Positions 10,573-23,503 of a DNA stretch of 64,000 nucleotides are shown here, piece by piece. The translations under genes were made by a program, and so were the position numbers. Each line of letters starts with the position of its first letter. Position 1 is the first letter of the stretch. Source of the stretch: Selaginella moellendorffii (Eukaryota; Plantae; Lycopodiophyta); NCBI RefSeq assembly GCF_000143415.4, contig NW_003314266.1:3009964-3073963 (forward strand). The letters are read 5' to 3'. The notes beneath the pieces are model-generated. The model was not told the DNA's origin, did not search any database, and saw only the letters and a program-made list of their open reading frames with translations.

Positions 10573-13500
10573 TTTTGCAGCATAATGAGGAATATTATGA
10601 GCTTAGCAAATGTAGATATGTAATAAGGCATAGTCCCTACCAAATAAAAAAGGCCATCCTCAAAGTAATATTAAGAATGAAAATATTGAAATGTTAAGTC
10701 ATTAGTAAACTATATAGGATTTTCAAAAACATCATGAAGCCCTTAAATCCACAGTTCAACTTTTTGAGCCTCTTAAACATCATTTATAAAAAGAAAATCT
10801 AACTTTGCATATTGTGACATTGAATATTGAGCATAACAACTACTAACAGCATGAAATACTCATTTAGAAAATCCACTAACACTAAAACAATAAGCTTCTT
10901 AAAAACAAAAAAAGAGAAAGAAAAAGGGAGAGTGTCGCAAATGTGATTTTATGTATCAAAAGTTAATTGTTAATGAGTATTTTCAAATATTTTTCTTTTA
11001 CTGCCACAACAACAAAAGGTTGATATCTCTAGACCCTTTATCAATCTTTATCCAAGTTAATTGAGAAACTAATTAGCATATGTACACTTAGATCGAAAGG
11101 GCATTAAGGAAGGAAATTCTAAATTATTATTTAGTCAACCATATTTGACATAGTGATGAAAAATTATGTTGTTTATTTGCATTTGCTAGTATTAAGAACC
11201 CCTACAACATTAAGCAAAGTCTCCTAATATTTGTTAAATGATAGTATTGTGTCAACCAATGCATTTTCACGAATGTATTAATCTTATTTTAATTTAATCA
11301 GTTATTTATGGAAAGTGCCTAGATTTGCCAATTGGACATATTTATAAAATGTAGAGATTATATTGAATATGATGGTGTTGGTCTCATCTTTAAATTCATA
11401 ATCTAACATTATTCCATATTTAGTAAGTTTTTAAGCTTGTTATAAAAACTCTTGGGACTAGAGTGAAAGCCTAAAGTGTGCTTTTATATAGGGAGGGGGT
11501 ATATAGGGATTTTAAATGTATAATAAGGAAAGTGGGTAAAGCGAGCATAGCTAATCAACTTGAAACATCGTTTGATTTTCTATTATGCGTGTTTGTTCTT
11601 GTTTTGCATCTAACTTAGTCTAAGTCTAAACTCCATACCATGTTAGTTGGTGAAGTATTTATATCCTCACTTTAAACCACTCATATGCTAAAATAACATT
11701 AAATTTTATTTGGCTTTGTTTTGAGTGTTTATTTTGGCATTAAAATGTTAGAAACTCTAAAACTATTTCAATATTGCTCTATGTTTTTTTTTCTTTCACT
11801 CTTTAACTATATCCTCTAAAGTTTGCTTCCATCCTTTTGTTTGGCCCAAGGCTCTAAAACTCAAGCCCCACTCCATTGGCTTTAGCATGCATATCTAAGG
11901 GTTAAGGTTCTTTATCCCATGGTAATTTATTATAGTACTATCTAGTGAGATTGGGTAATTAGTCTTGTTGCATACAAGGAGATGAAAATGGTAATTTGAA
12001 TGGGTATACATGTGGTTGCTAGGGTATTAGATGCATTCCTTAGGTAAAGATTTTCATTATTATTTTGAACTATATTGTATGAGAGCTCATAAGATAGATT
12101 TCAGATGTACCATTTGTATAAATTTATGCTTGGGCAAATGAGTGAGATATATTAGCAACATAAAATTATACTTTAAGCTGGTAGGATTAATGTTAGCCTT
12201 TTAATGGTTACCATAAGTTGCTATTATGAATTGCTACTATGAATTATTACTATCTTACCAGCTGCTGATAATCTCCATCGCTGGAGCAATGGAAGCTCTT
12301 GCTTGCGACCTATAGTGCATCCATCGATCGATCGATCGAGAATGCTCCCCTGGAGTCAATCAAGAAAGATGCGAGAGAGGGAGAGAAGATGGATCAATCG
12401 CATTATCGTCGGCGTCCATAAGGGAATCCGCCATTTTGATGAGACTAGAGGATTAAAAGGGCAAGAGTAAAGTAACAAGGGTAAAAGAAAGAGAAAATAT
12501 TCCGTTAGACAGCGCCGTCAGTGGTCCGTACAGGAAACAAGCGCAGTTTTTTAACCGCGCCGTCACTGCAGATAAAAGAAAAACGCAAGAGGTCCTACTG
12601 CCGTACTCTGTGTACGGCACGCTAACATCGCTGTTTGGAAGCTGATAGTTCAATGTTGGAGGTGTCTATCACTCAATGGATCAATCAAAGCTATCAGTGA
12701 GGTTTCGAAAGCTACGAGAGCTCTTTTGATCTTTTCCTTTACTTTATCTTAGGTAAAAGTAAACCTTCATTAGGTTTGCTATAAGTGGTATGATTTATAG
12801 CTACTAGTAGATCCTTCCTAGGTAAAATTATAAATGGATTAATCAAGACTATAGGGATTAATCTATCAATTCTAGTAGTTATTGTTGTTCTTTTTTATAC
12901 TCTTTTCTTAGATTGAACTAAAGGTAGTGCAAATGTAAATTAAAGATTTAGTCAAGTTGAATCCAAAAAGAGTGTCATCATAGAAAGGATTAAACATGTG
13001 AATCATCTTTTGTTCTCTAAAATATAATTTGTAATAAAGTATGATTTTATTACTTATGTTCATATCATGCAATCAAGAATCTATACATTGATACATATTG
13101 GTTATAGTGGTCTTTAAATGGTGTGCCATGAGATGGAAAGTAATGAAGTGTTAAACCATTTTGATGAGGCTTGCCATTAAAAGGCTTTTTCCAAGGAACT
13201 TCATTATTGCTCTTTAAATAGCTTGGTGTTAGATTAATTTTAAGTTTAGTTAAAAAGTGAATGGCATAAGATTATTTATATTGTGAATGAAGTTGGTGGT
13301 GTTAAATGTTATAAATCTCTTTCAATAGAGTATGGCATTTATGTTATATTTTATGATTACATTGGCACTTGATATTAGTGTAAACCTTTGTGGTAGTAGC
13401 ATAGACTTAGTTTGTGATATCACTTGATTGATGACCAAGTCATTATATTTTTTATATCATATCCTTGTGATTATGAGCAATGTGTTTATGAAGTTTTTTG

Positions 13501-14236
13501 TTAAACGATGATCAACCCCAAAATGGTTGATAGTGACACTAGTCTATTTGCAATTAGTAGCATTATAATAGATTTAACTTCTTAAAAGTGATCCATTATG
13601 ATAAGTTAGTATTGATATCTTATTTCCTTAAGAACTTTCTCATTGAAAGTTAAAAAGGTTGTAACATTCACTTACTATAGCTTGTTAGTTAATCTCTTGG
13701 TACTTATAATAAGTTGTTAAATAGAGAAAGTGAGATATTGATATTGTTAGCACTTGTATTAGTAAAAGTGGTATTATTAAATCAAGTAATAAAGAGTTCT
13801 GATGAAGAGGTAAATGTTTTGACTTGTATATCTTCCCAAGTAGAGTAGAATAAGGACGCTTAAGCAAAATGGAGTTATGCTTAAGCTTAGGCATCCAAAG
13901 AAAAAAGACTGAACCTAAGCAACACTCGTTATAGACAAATATAAAGCCCACCTTTATAAAATAATTTGCTATATAACTTTTATATTTAAGCATACCTCTA
14001 GCCTTATAAAGATTTCTACTACTATTTAACAATAGTTATCTAAATTCATTACCTTTCTTGGAATATTTTATAATATCAACAAAATATAAAATATGATATG
14101 ATGATTATAAAAGGAGTCATTTTATACAAAACATTGGAGCGTTAAGTTTGGAGTGATTTTAGTCTAAGTTTTCTCTTTTAGTTTTATAATATATTTTATT
14201 TAAGTTTTATGTAAGTTTTGACTTCTTGGGAGGCTA

Positions 14237-14445
14237 TTTAGCCTAGTACTATTCAAACTCAAGGATGCTTAAGCCGAAATATCCTAAAATTTTACTAATT
14301 AGAAAAGGGGTACACTTTTATTAATACGTGTAAACTCTTGAATTTGGACTTCTCAGAAGGTCATTTAGTCCAGTATTATTCAAACTCAAGGCCTAAATAT
14401 CCCAAGATCTTTAACCAATTAGAAAAAAGGGTGCATTTTTATTCA
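14237..14445. repeat. Direct duplication (about 127-bp period) in the DNA flanking the MULE
   Basis: ATTTAG..AGTA.TATTCAAACTCAAGG...AATATCC...AATTAGAAAA.GGGT occurs twice. Confidence 0.7.
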
Positions 14446-14491
14446 TGGGCTTTTTCCCTTTATATTTAAACCCATATGGATCGTCACTCAA

Positions 14492-17400
14492 GCCTCCCAT
14501 TAAACACCATCTTAATTCATTCTCTCTCTACTTACCTAATGATGATGTGGCATCGGCCCTTCTTTTTGTTTTATCTCCAGCGCACTCCCATCTCCCGTCC
14601 GTCGCCGCTGTGCACTCCCGCCCGCAACTATCGCCCGCGTGCAGCTCCCACTTGCCCACTCACCCTCACGGCTCCCGCCCGCACTCCCACCCGCCCCCGC
14701 ACATTTAAAATTACTTCCACGTGGCCAGAGCCCCAACACTTGCCAAATTTCAATCAGCACGCCCTAGTCCACCCATTCACACCGGATGGTTGCCCCATAA
14801 GTGACTAAAAATGTTTCTGTTTTTTTTATGATCAAGCATGGCAGCAGCACATCAATTTCTAGAGGTAAACAATCAATTCAACTTCATATTGATTTAAGAA
14901 AATCATTTAGGATCCCCCATGGCTTGATGAGGTGCAAGAATTCCATGAAAGGGATTATTTTTGTGCAGATGATTTAGATTGGAATTTGTCTAAATCTAAT
15001 GAAACTATAGCTCCTATTGTGTATATATTACAAAATAATGTGAACAAGTTTTCAGATGGTGAGAGGAGAAGGGGTGATAAAGTGGATTTTTGGCAATTTT
15101 CTAACAAAAATCGTGATCTTGGAGATTTGAAACAACCCAAAAACGCAAGCTTTTTTATCATTAATCAGGTATATTTTTTTAACAAAATATAATTACTAAC
15201 TTCTTGATACAGGTATTGGTGTGAATATGGAAAACAAGATGCTCGTGAAACATCCTCTATTATGATTGCTGAATCTACACCAAAGTTAGAACCTGGAAGT
15301 AGACTAAGTCAAAATTCTAATAAGCGGGGCTGCCTTTTGCAATTTTTTGGTCAAATAGTTTTACAAATGGCCTGATTATGTGCAAATTACATATTATCAT
15401 AGAGAGCATTGCGATAAGAATAAGATTCCTTGTCATGGTCAACTTGATTTGACTGGAGGAAAGTCATTATTTCCTCAGAAGCTTTCAGCAAATATTTGGC
15501 ATTGGGTGATTCATATGATTCAGTAGGATTTCACATCAAATCAGATTTATGATGAGTATATACAGATTGTGGGAAGGAACAAGTCAGCTGGTGAACCTCC
15601 TCATTGAGATGATTTTCTAACTATGCGGGATATCAACAATTTGCATAGGAAGTATTCACTTCCAACTTATCGATTACATAAAAATGATGCACAGAGTGTA
15701 CGTATTTGGAAGAACACAAATCCCGAGAAAATATTTTTCTATCAAGAAGGTGATTGAGGTAAAGATTGTTTTACTATTGGGATTTAGACAACTTGGCAAC
15801 TACAAAAGATGGTGGACTTTTCAAATAATAATTTATTGAGTCTTGATGCAACTTTTGGAATTAATCGCTACAAGGTAAAATTTTCATTAATTTTTAAGTG
15901 AATAATATTTAATAATTTACAATTCCCATTATACACCATGCTTGCTTTTGATTATCATGGAAATGATATTCCAATTGTATGGGTTTTAACTTCTAGTGAG
16001 AAAGGAGAACATATGAAGAATTGGATGATAGCTCTTAAAAAATAAGTTTTAGAACACATGCCAAATTAGAAACCACAGGCGATAATGATTAATGATGCTG
16101 AAGCAAAGATTAATGCTATAAGGTAATTAATTTGATATAAAATAATTTAATTGTTTTCTTCTATATAGAGCTACATTTGATTGTCAAATATTATTATATA
16201 TTTGGCATGTAAGGAGGAATTGGCTTAAACATATTATTTGTAAAGTGAAATCTTGGGATATTAGGATGGAAATATGGAAACGTTTTAGAGATATTATGTA
16301 TTATTCAATTCATGCAACTTTTCATGATGATAATATTATGTGAGCTGAAATTAAACAACTTATTGAACATTTTGAGGTGGATTTTCAAAATGAAGTAGCC
16401 TTTATCAAGTATTTTTAAGATGAATGGAAGGATAAAGTTGGTAAGTGAATTAATATTTTAATTTTTATAATTTATTTTAATTTATATTTGATAGATATGT
16501 GGGTTGTTACTGCTTGAAATTTCCCTCATGCTAACAAGGAAACAAATAGTTCGATTGAGGCATTCCATACAAATATGAAAGCTATACTCTTGTTTGAAAA
16601 AAAATATGCTCACAATCAAAGGATGGATTGGGCAATTCATCAACTTACTACTAAGGTTCATGCAAGGTACTGGTTTACTAGTTATTGCAAAAATCATGGT
16701 TTTGTCCGAAACCATATATATGAAAAACTAATCGATGGTGTGATTGTTAAAGCAAGAAATATTAACGACTCTCAAGTAAAATTCGATAAGGACAATACTC
16801 ACAAATCCTATGTACAATTCTCTTCAAATCTAGCTATATGGTATCTTGTTGTCGGAGGTGAAGGCCACAGTGATTGGGCTTTTTCAACTTAGTGTAATTG
16901 TCCAACCAAAGAAAACTTTTGCAAGCATCAAGCAAAAGTTATTATGTTAAAACAAAGAGAAAAAACCGATTGGACTACAACTAGTTATGAAGTTCAACCA
17001 TCACAATCACATGCAATTTTAGAACTTGGGTTGGATGACTTATTTTATCGTTATCAAGATTTTGAAGCACTTGACTTGGAAGCTATGACAGAGGTAATTC
17101 ACTTATTAATGAAAATTTTGAAATACTTATAAAAATTTGAGCAGGAAGAAAACATTTATCAAAATGTTTATCATGAGTAAGAAATTCAATTGGAGACTAC
17201 ATTAGAGGTAAACTAGCATATTTTATATACTAATATATATGAATATTGAGCAGGAAGATATCCATCAAAATATACAGCATCAACAAGAGATTCAGCTAAG
17301 GACTACTATAGAGGTAATTTACACTAAGTAAATTTTAAATATTGATATGAACTTTGAGCAGGAAGATATCACTCCATCAAAAGTTACAAAAGCGATATTA

Positions 17401-18148
17401 CAGCAAAAGATGATAGATATCTTACAAGATCTTTTTGATGAAGAAGCTTTTTTATCTATGGTTGATGAAGATTTAGAAATAATACAGTAGAAGGTTGCAA
17501 CTTTTAAAGCTAGGCCAAATGATCTTATTCATCCTACAACAGAATTTCAACAGCGTGTTGATAGTTATGGTACATCCTTGAAACGAGCAAAACCTTTGGT
17601 GGAAAGAATTACAGGTAAAAGAAAAACTTCTAGTAGTCTAGAAGCAACTTCTTTTACTAGGCAGAGGAAGACAAGAAAGAAAAGCTCTTTAAACGAAAAA
17701 CTCAATCTTAGCAAATAATAAATAAAAAAACAAACTCTTTACATACTTACATTGCATATATTCAAATTAGTGAGAAGATTTCATAAGTTTACCACTCCTA
17801 ATGGTCATCCATGACACTCATTGGCCACGTAAAGCACGTAGAAAGGCATCCACACGTGTGCTGATTGAAATTTGGCTAAGTGTTGGGGCTGTGGCCACGT
17901 GGAAGTAATTTTAGGGCGCATGCTGGGCGTGGGTGGATGTGCGGGGGCAGGTGGGAGTGTGGGCAAGAGCTGTGAGGGCGAGTGGGTGGGTGGGAGCTGT
18001 GTATAGACGATAGCCGCGGGTGGGAGTGCGCAGCAGCAACAGACGGGAGAGAGAGTGCGTTGGAGATAAAACAAAAAGAAGGGCTGATGCCATGTCATTG
18101 CCAGGTAAGCGGAGAAAGAATGAATCAGGATGGTGTTTAACAGGAAGT
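14492..18148 (+). mobile_element. Mutator-like DNA transposon (MULE) with both ends present
   Basis: Long inverted termini at 14492-14760 and 17858-18148. 9-bp TSD GTCACTCAA (14483-14491) / GTCACTTAA (18149-18157). Internal MULE transposase remnant. Confidence 0.92.
14838..17718 (+). pseudogene. Intron-containing MULE transposase with SWIM zinc finger, inactivated by stops and frameshifts
   Basis: Motifs SLDATFGINRYK|FPLYTMLAFD, MINDAEAKINAI, IWHVRRNW, TNSSIEAFHTNMK and SWIM CNCPTKENFCKH. Several in-frame TGA/TAA/TAG. End coordinates approximate. Confidence 0.82.
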
Positions 18149-18299
18149 GTCACTTAAGTCATTCCCTTTAATTGCTTATAATATATTTTTTCCCTTTATA
18201 TTTAAACCCCTATAGTCTTTTGAGTTGTTCCTTTTAATTGTTTATAATCTAAGTTCACGCTCTTATGAAAGAAAGTTAATAGCCACAACTCTCTTGAGA

Positions 18300-18700
18300 G
18301 CCCCACTCTCTTGACACTCTACCCCTCAAAACCAAATGTTAATCTCAATATGTGGTGTAATCCCTTAATTAATAAATAAAGTCAGACCCATCTTTTAACA
18401 TCCTACCCCTTAAGATCAAATGTTAATCTCAAAATATAATATGATTCTTCTAACCAACTAACAAAATTAGATTTGTCTCTTGACACCCTACCTTTTAGGA
18501 CCAAATGTTAATCTCAACATGTGGTATGATTTCTTTAGCCAATTAACAAAGTGGGACTTGAAACTAACTTTACCCTTTAAAATTAAATGTCAATTTCAAT
18601 ATATGGTGTGAATCCCCTAACCAATTAATAAAGTTGGACATAAAACCCCACTCTAATACCAAATGTTTTAAACCTATCTACCTTAACCAATTAAAAAAGA
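18300..18700. repeat. Degenerate tandem array, about 75-85 bp period, about 5 copies
   Basis: (C/T)AAATGT(T/C)AAT(C/T)TCAA recurs near 18333, 18417, 18502 and 18585, with a partial copy near 18660, each followed by a CCAATTAA-like block. Confidence 0.75.
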
Positions 18701-20199
18701 AAATGTATTTTTGTTCATGGGCCCTTTTTTCTATATTTGAACCTCTATAGATCATTTCTCAAATTGTTCCCTTTGGTTGTTTACATTTATTTCTTTAAAA
18801 AATATAAAAATTAGAAATTCCTCTCTTTTTCTCTCAAAACACAAGGCATGATGTGATATTAGCCACCAATTTTAAACACAATGATGTTATGATAATATGA
18901 AGAGAGGTTGAAGAATCAATAGGATCATTGTTAACTCTTTTATCAAAAGATATATTCTCAATCACATCATTGCTCCTCAAAATTCTTCTAAAGAACCGCA
19001 CTATAAGGATTTCCACAAGTGAAAATACATTTATATTCACCGCACAAAAAATGACAAGAGAGGAAATAGAATACTAAACTTCATATTTCTAATGTAAAAC
19101 TTCAAATGATCTCTTCCATGATTTATGTTTTATACTTTACTAAGTTGCTTTATAAGATTCATTGATGCTTGCTGCATGATCATTAAGCATCATTAATTTC
19201 TTTTTTTCTTTTCTCCTATACCTTTCCTTTTCTACATTCTTGATGGAAGTCATGAAAAATGAGTGGTTGAGCAAAGTTTAATGAAGGTGTTATTCTAATC
19301 TATTGTTCCTCATTAGATGATAGCTTGTGATTAAGTTTCTTTCATCTTCATGAAAAACTAAAAATGAGAGTTCTTTATTGAGAGCAAAAAGTCCTCATTT
19401 TAGAATAATTCCAATTCTAACTTTATCGAAGACTCTCCTTATTCTTTCAAAAAAATTTAATAAAGAAAGGAGTTATTAAGAAAGTGCTCTTAGATACTTT
19501 TAGAGGGATGAAACTTACATAGTTTACAAGTGGATGCAATATTAGTAGTGGGGATTAGAGTTTTATGCTTATAAAGAAGATATTCAAAACAATAATAGAT
19601 TAAGAGATATCTTCATTGCAAATGTAGAATGGATATATGAGTGATAGTGATGAGCAATTTTGGAATAAATTGCTTTGGCTTATCAAAATTATATATTAAA
19701 GTCTTGTTTCCAAGATTCTCACCACTTTGCATTTGATAATTCAATTGTTGTCATTTAAAATTAAGAATTTCTCTTAGCCATTTCCAACATTCTTATAAAG
19801 CATTATGAAGTGAAAAAAATTTGGTTACAAATTGACACCTTTATGATGGAGTTACATTTGAGGATGCATACCACTATAGCAACTTGCCTTATAGCAATCC
19901 AAAAGAAAATATAAAAAAGGTCTCTAAACCCAAATATACATACAACCCCTAAACTCTATTGGTTAGCTCTTGCAGATTTGGATGAGCACAAGGTTTTGAT
20001 GGTTAGGGAGTATCGCATCCTGACACACTAGGGATTATACCAAGTCAAAGGAGAAGCAATGCTTTGCAAAGCACACATAGAGTTTGGCAGCTAGACGAAC
20101 GAATATCGGCAAACAAAACGAAGTTATAATCTAGGGATTTGCAGGCTTTGAACCAAAGAAGCAAGGAAAAACGGAGTACGACAAAAACTCTTCACTGCC

Positions 20200-20710
20200 A
20201 TTTGGTCTCATCTTGCCAATGGAGCCACCCGAGCAGCACATCCAGCAGCTTCCCGTTGATAAAATCACCGTGGCTGAGGAGTCATCGAGTTCTTCTGGCT
20301 CAGAGCTCGTCCTCTACAAGTAAGTTTCTCTCGTACATAGAAAAGAGAAGTTTGTCAATGACTTAGCCAACTCGCTCTTCACTTTTTCTTTCTCAGGAGA
20401 ATCACGGAAGTTAAAGAACAGCGCCAGAAGGTGGTCGTGGAATTGATCTGTACTCTCTAGTCGTCCAAAAGTTCCTCGACCCGAGGCTGGCCTGGTGAGA
20501 TCCTGAGCCTCACAGTGAACGAGAAGGTGGACGGCAACTGTCAATCCGTGCACGGCAACATGTAAAATCCATGGATCCAAGGTTACCACGGATGATCCTT
20601 GGCTGCCGTTTTGACTGAAGATTGTCAGCACCATGTTCTAAACACGGCAGTGTAAGTGGCAAAATCATCAAGCTCTTGAGAGGAGTCGAGTTTTCCCGCG
20701 GCTGGGATGG
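20200..20710 (+). pseudogene. Inverted, internally deleted copy of the DUF760 gene at 22074-23503, intron retained
   Basis: GAGCAGCACATCCAGCAGCTT...GAGCTCGTCCTCTACAAGTAAGTTTCTCTC...TCAGGAGAATC.CGGAAGTTAAAGAACAG matches the reverse complement of about 23130-22800. GAGTTTTCCCGCGGCTGGGATGG matches about 22368-22391. Frameshifted. Confidence 0.88.
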
Positions 20711-20827
20711 ATTGACTTGTATTGGAGCATGAGAGTGGCTTTTGTCTTGACAATTAAATCCAAAACTAGCTTCCTGCCTTGGGAATGTTATTATTTACTA
20801 TTCATTTCCAGAAATTTTACTAAGAAC

Positions 20828-21232
20828 TTATGAACATTCATGAAATTCAACAGTATGTTTAGCATGTTCAAAACAACCTCTGAAGGACCACATATACCAA
20901 CCGCCCCAACCTGTAGTGGTATATTTTGCTGCACCAGTAAAAATTATTACATGATAAGTTTCATAACCCATGGAGAAGTCATCACTTTCTATTATTGGAT
21001 TTGGATCTGTTTTTTCCTTGAAGTCGTTCTCATTTGCTTGATTATATATAAAAATATTTACCTTATTTTCTTTGAGTTTTGAGTTGTAATAATCTAATTT
21101 ACACATCATAGAACTTTTCATATTTACAGGATTCCAACAATGGTCAAAAGTCTGAGCAATAGTAAAGATTATAGAACATGTAAATCCTAATACCAAAATA
21201 AGGATGAATGAACAAAACTTTACTAATCCCAT
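20828..21232 (-). CDS. Small secreted Trp/Cys-containing protein, copy A (134 aa, intronless)
   Basis: ATG at 21232, hydrophobic signal peptide. Clear paralog of 24184-24597 (shared HCWN, CKLDYY, NIFIYN, PNPI.E.DDF, AKYTTTGWGGW..WSF.GC..H..HTVEF.E). Confidence 0.82.
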   Translation of the reverse strand: MGLVKFCSFILILVLGFTCSIIFTIAQTFDHCWNPVNMKSSMMCKLDYYNSKLKENKVNIFIYNQANENDFKEKTDPNPIIESDDFSMGYETYHVIIFTGAAKYTTTGWGGWYMWSFRGCFEHAKHTVEFHECS

Positions 21233-22073
21233 ATTTGAAGAGAATTTTATATGTCTATTACACTCGTTGTTAAATGGAAATGGACTATGATTTAAATGAA
21301 GTTTCAACAATAAAGGACAAAAAAACATTGTTAACACTTTCTTAAGTCACTACACCAGCTGTCTCTTGTTTTTATTTTTCTGTTATTATTCTCTCTCTAT
21401 GTATGGTAATTGTATTGGATTTTTTTAAGCTTAGAAGAAAATTATTTCTCAAGAAATGCTAGTAAAATCAAAAAATGTATCAATATTTTTTGGCAATTTT
21501 GATATTTATACATATATAGCTAGAATAGTCTTAATTGTCATACCAAGACAACATGAACCATCCTTTGTATTATGAGTCTTGATAATCTTAATTTATCCCT
21601 CTCACTATGCTTTATGATTTTAAGAACAGTAATATATTACTACTTGGACAAAGTAAAAAAAGAATTACTAAATTTTTTATTAATATAGATTCAGTATTGA
21701 TGTGAATAAATCTAAAGCACTAAGATTTTAAGCAGATTTAAGAAAAATTGTGTAACTAAAAGTAGGTATTATTAATATATATGTAGTTAATGACTTTTTA
21801 AATCTTGAATTGAATTAGTAAAATACCATATCATGTTTTCTAAGGTATATTTAAATTTATATAATTGTCTACCTGTCTACTATTTGCCAGAAAATTCATT
21901 TTTAAAATTGCAAAATTAAATTCTAGATTTTTGCTAGAGTATATATATAAGGGCATTCCAAAGATGTAACTTGTTTTGCATTCAATCAACACAGTTTGAA
22001 AAAGAAGCTGGTGCTCGCAAGCTCCAATACAGATTACTACAAACTCCAAGTTCAAGGGAGTGTCACAGACATC

Positions 22074-23503
22074 TTAGCCAACCAAGTTGTAGTGAGAATC
22101 AACGTGAGCCTCGGCGTCCCACAAGAAGCTCCCAAACACCACCGCTTCCGTCACCAATCTCCTCAGCCCGGACAAGCTGATGGTAAACGAGTCACCGGCG
22201 AGCAAAACCACGGATCCATCCGGGGCGATCTCCGCCTCGGGCTTGCCAAACAGCGCCTGTGTCTGCCTCTCCACAACGTCCAAGCTCTCCTTGCAACGCA
22301 GCGTCGCAAACCTCTGCAAGCTCTCCGGGTCCAGCGACATGACATAGCTCTTGAGCTTGCTCGGCTTCCATCCCAGCTGCGGGAAAACTCCGGATCCTCC
22401 AAGCCCGCCTCGAGTGGTCGACGATTTTGCCGCTTGCATCGCTTGCACTGCCGCGTTTGCCTCGGCCGCCAGCTTCTCTCCCTCTGCGTCAGTCTTAAAG
22501 TCGAGCTCCTCGGACACTCCCGGCCCTGACTCCACTCCTTGTTCTTCGTCCTCGTGTTTGTCGCTGCTCAGAGCTTTCTTCATGCTCAGGTCGAGCTGAT
22601 ATCTCTGGTCGAGACGCCGGAGGAAGTAGCCAAACACCACCGTCGCCGCATAGAGATGGCCGATCTTCATCTTGCTGGCTTGGACCAGAGTGTATGGCTC
22701 TTGGTAGTGCGGCGAGGGGCGGCCGAGGATCATCCCGAGGTGGTCTCTCACGACCTCAAGAACCTCGGCCGAGTGGATCGATTCCATGTCGCCCAGCACG
22801 GATTGCCAGTTGCTGTCCACCTTTTGGTTCGCGGGGAGGCTCGGAATCTTGGGAACCAGAGCCAGCCTCGAGTCAAGGAACTTTTGGACGACTAGAGAAT
22901 AGATCACTTCCACGACCGCTTTCTGGCGCTCCTGTTCTTTAACTTCCGCGATTCTCCTGAGAAAGAAAAATAGAAGAGAGAGTTGGCTTACGTCTTTCCA
23001 TTGACAAACTTCTCTTTTCTACGTAAGAGAGAAACTTACTTGTAGAGGACGAGCTCTGAGTCGGAAGAATTGGTCGACTTCTCAGCCGCGGCGTTCTTAT
23101 CAGCGGCAAGCTGCTGGATGTGCTGCTCGGCTGCTTCTAGGAAGAGATGAGGATGGCTCTGGAGCAGCGAGACTAGGAACTGGCCGATGGGCGACTCGGG
23201 CTCCCAAGGACCGACCATGGAAGTGGCACTACTTCTTCCACTCTGAGCTTTGACAATGTGACACGGACCTCTTCCCGGCCTGGAAAACCCATTTTTTATC
23301 CTCAGCGAGTCCCTCTTCCCAAAGAAACTTGTGGAAGCCTGCGAAAGAGACGAGAGAGGAAGCTCAGATCTAGCCACATCTTGCCCAAATTTCCCTACCG
23401 TGAAGTGGATGCTGCGCTTGGCACCGACGCTGGATTGCTGCGCCCGGCACGAGCTGCTCGCAAATCCGCCGCTGCTGGAAGATCCCACTTGCACTGCCGC
23501 CAT
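22074..23503 (-). CDS. Plastid-targeted DUF760 / UV-B-induced-protein-like gene (exons 23503-23040, 22956-22074)
   Basis: Ser/Ala-rich transit-like N-terminus, ESPIGQFLVSLLQSHPHL, LYK|RIAEVKE, LYAATVVFGYFLRR, ERQTQALFG and EAVVFGSFLWDAE typical of DUF760. Confidence 0.85.

Noticed and set aside
12599-12626. Hairpin plus CTAA as a Helitron 3' end
   Set aside because: The CTRR is only 2 nt from the hairpin and is not followed by T; no Helitron coding remnant recognised.
9500-14200. Possible decayed genes or TEs in the AT-rich block (including ORF 13685-14032)
   Set aside because: Probably eroded TE sequence, but no motif is clear enough to classify.
14445-14808. Pro/His-rich ORFs here, with similar ORFs at 17805-18153
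   Set aside because: They are translations of the two MULE TIRs, which explains their similarity.
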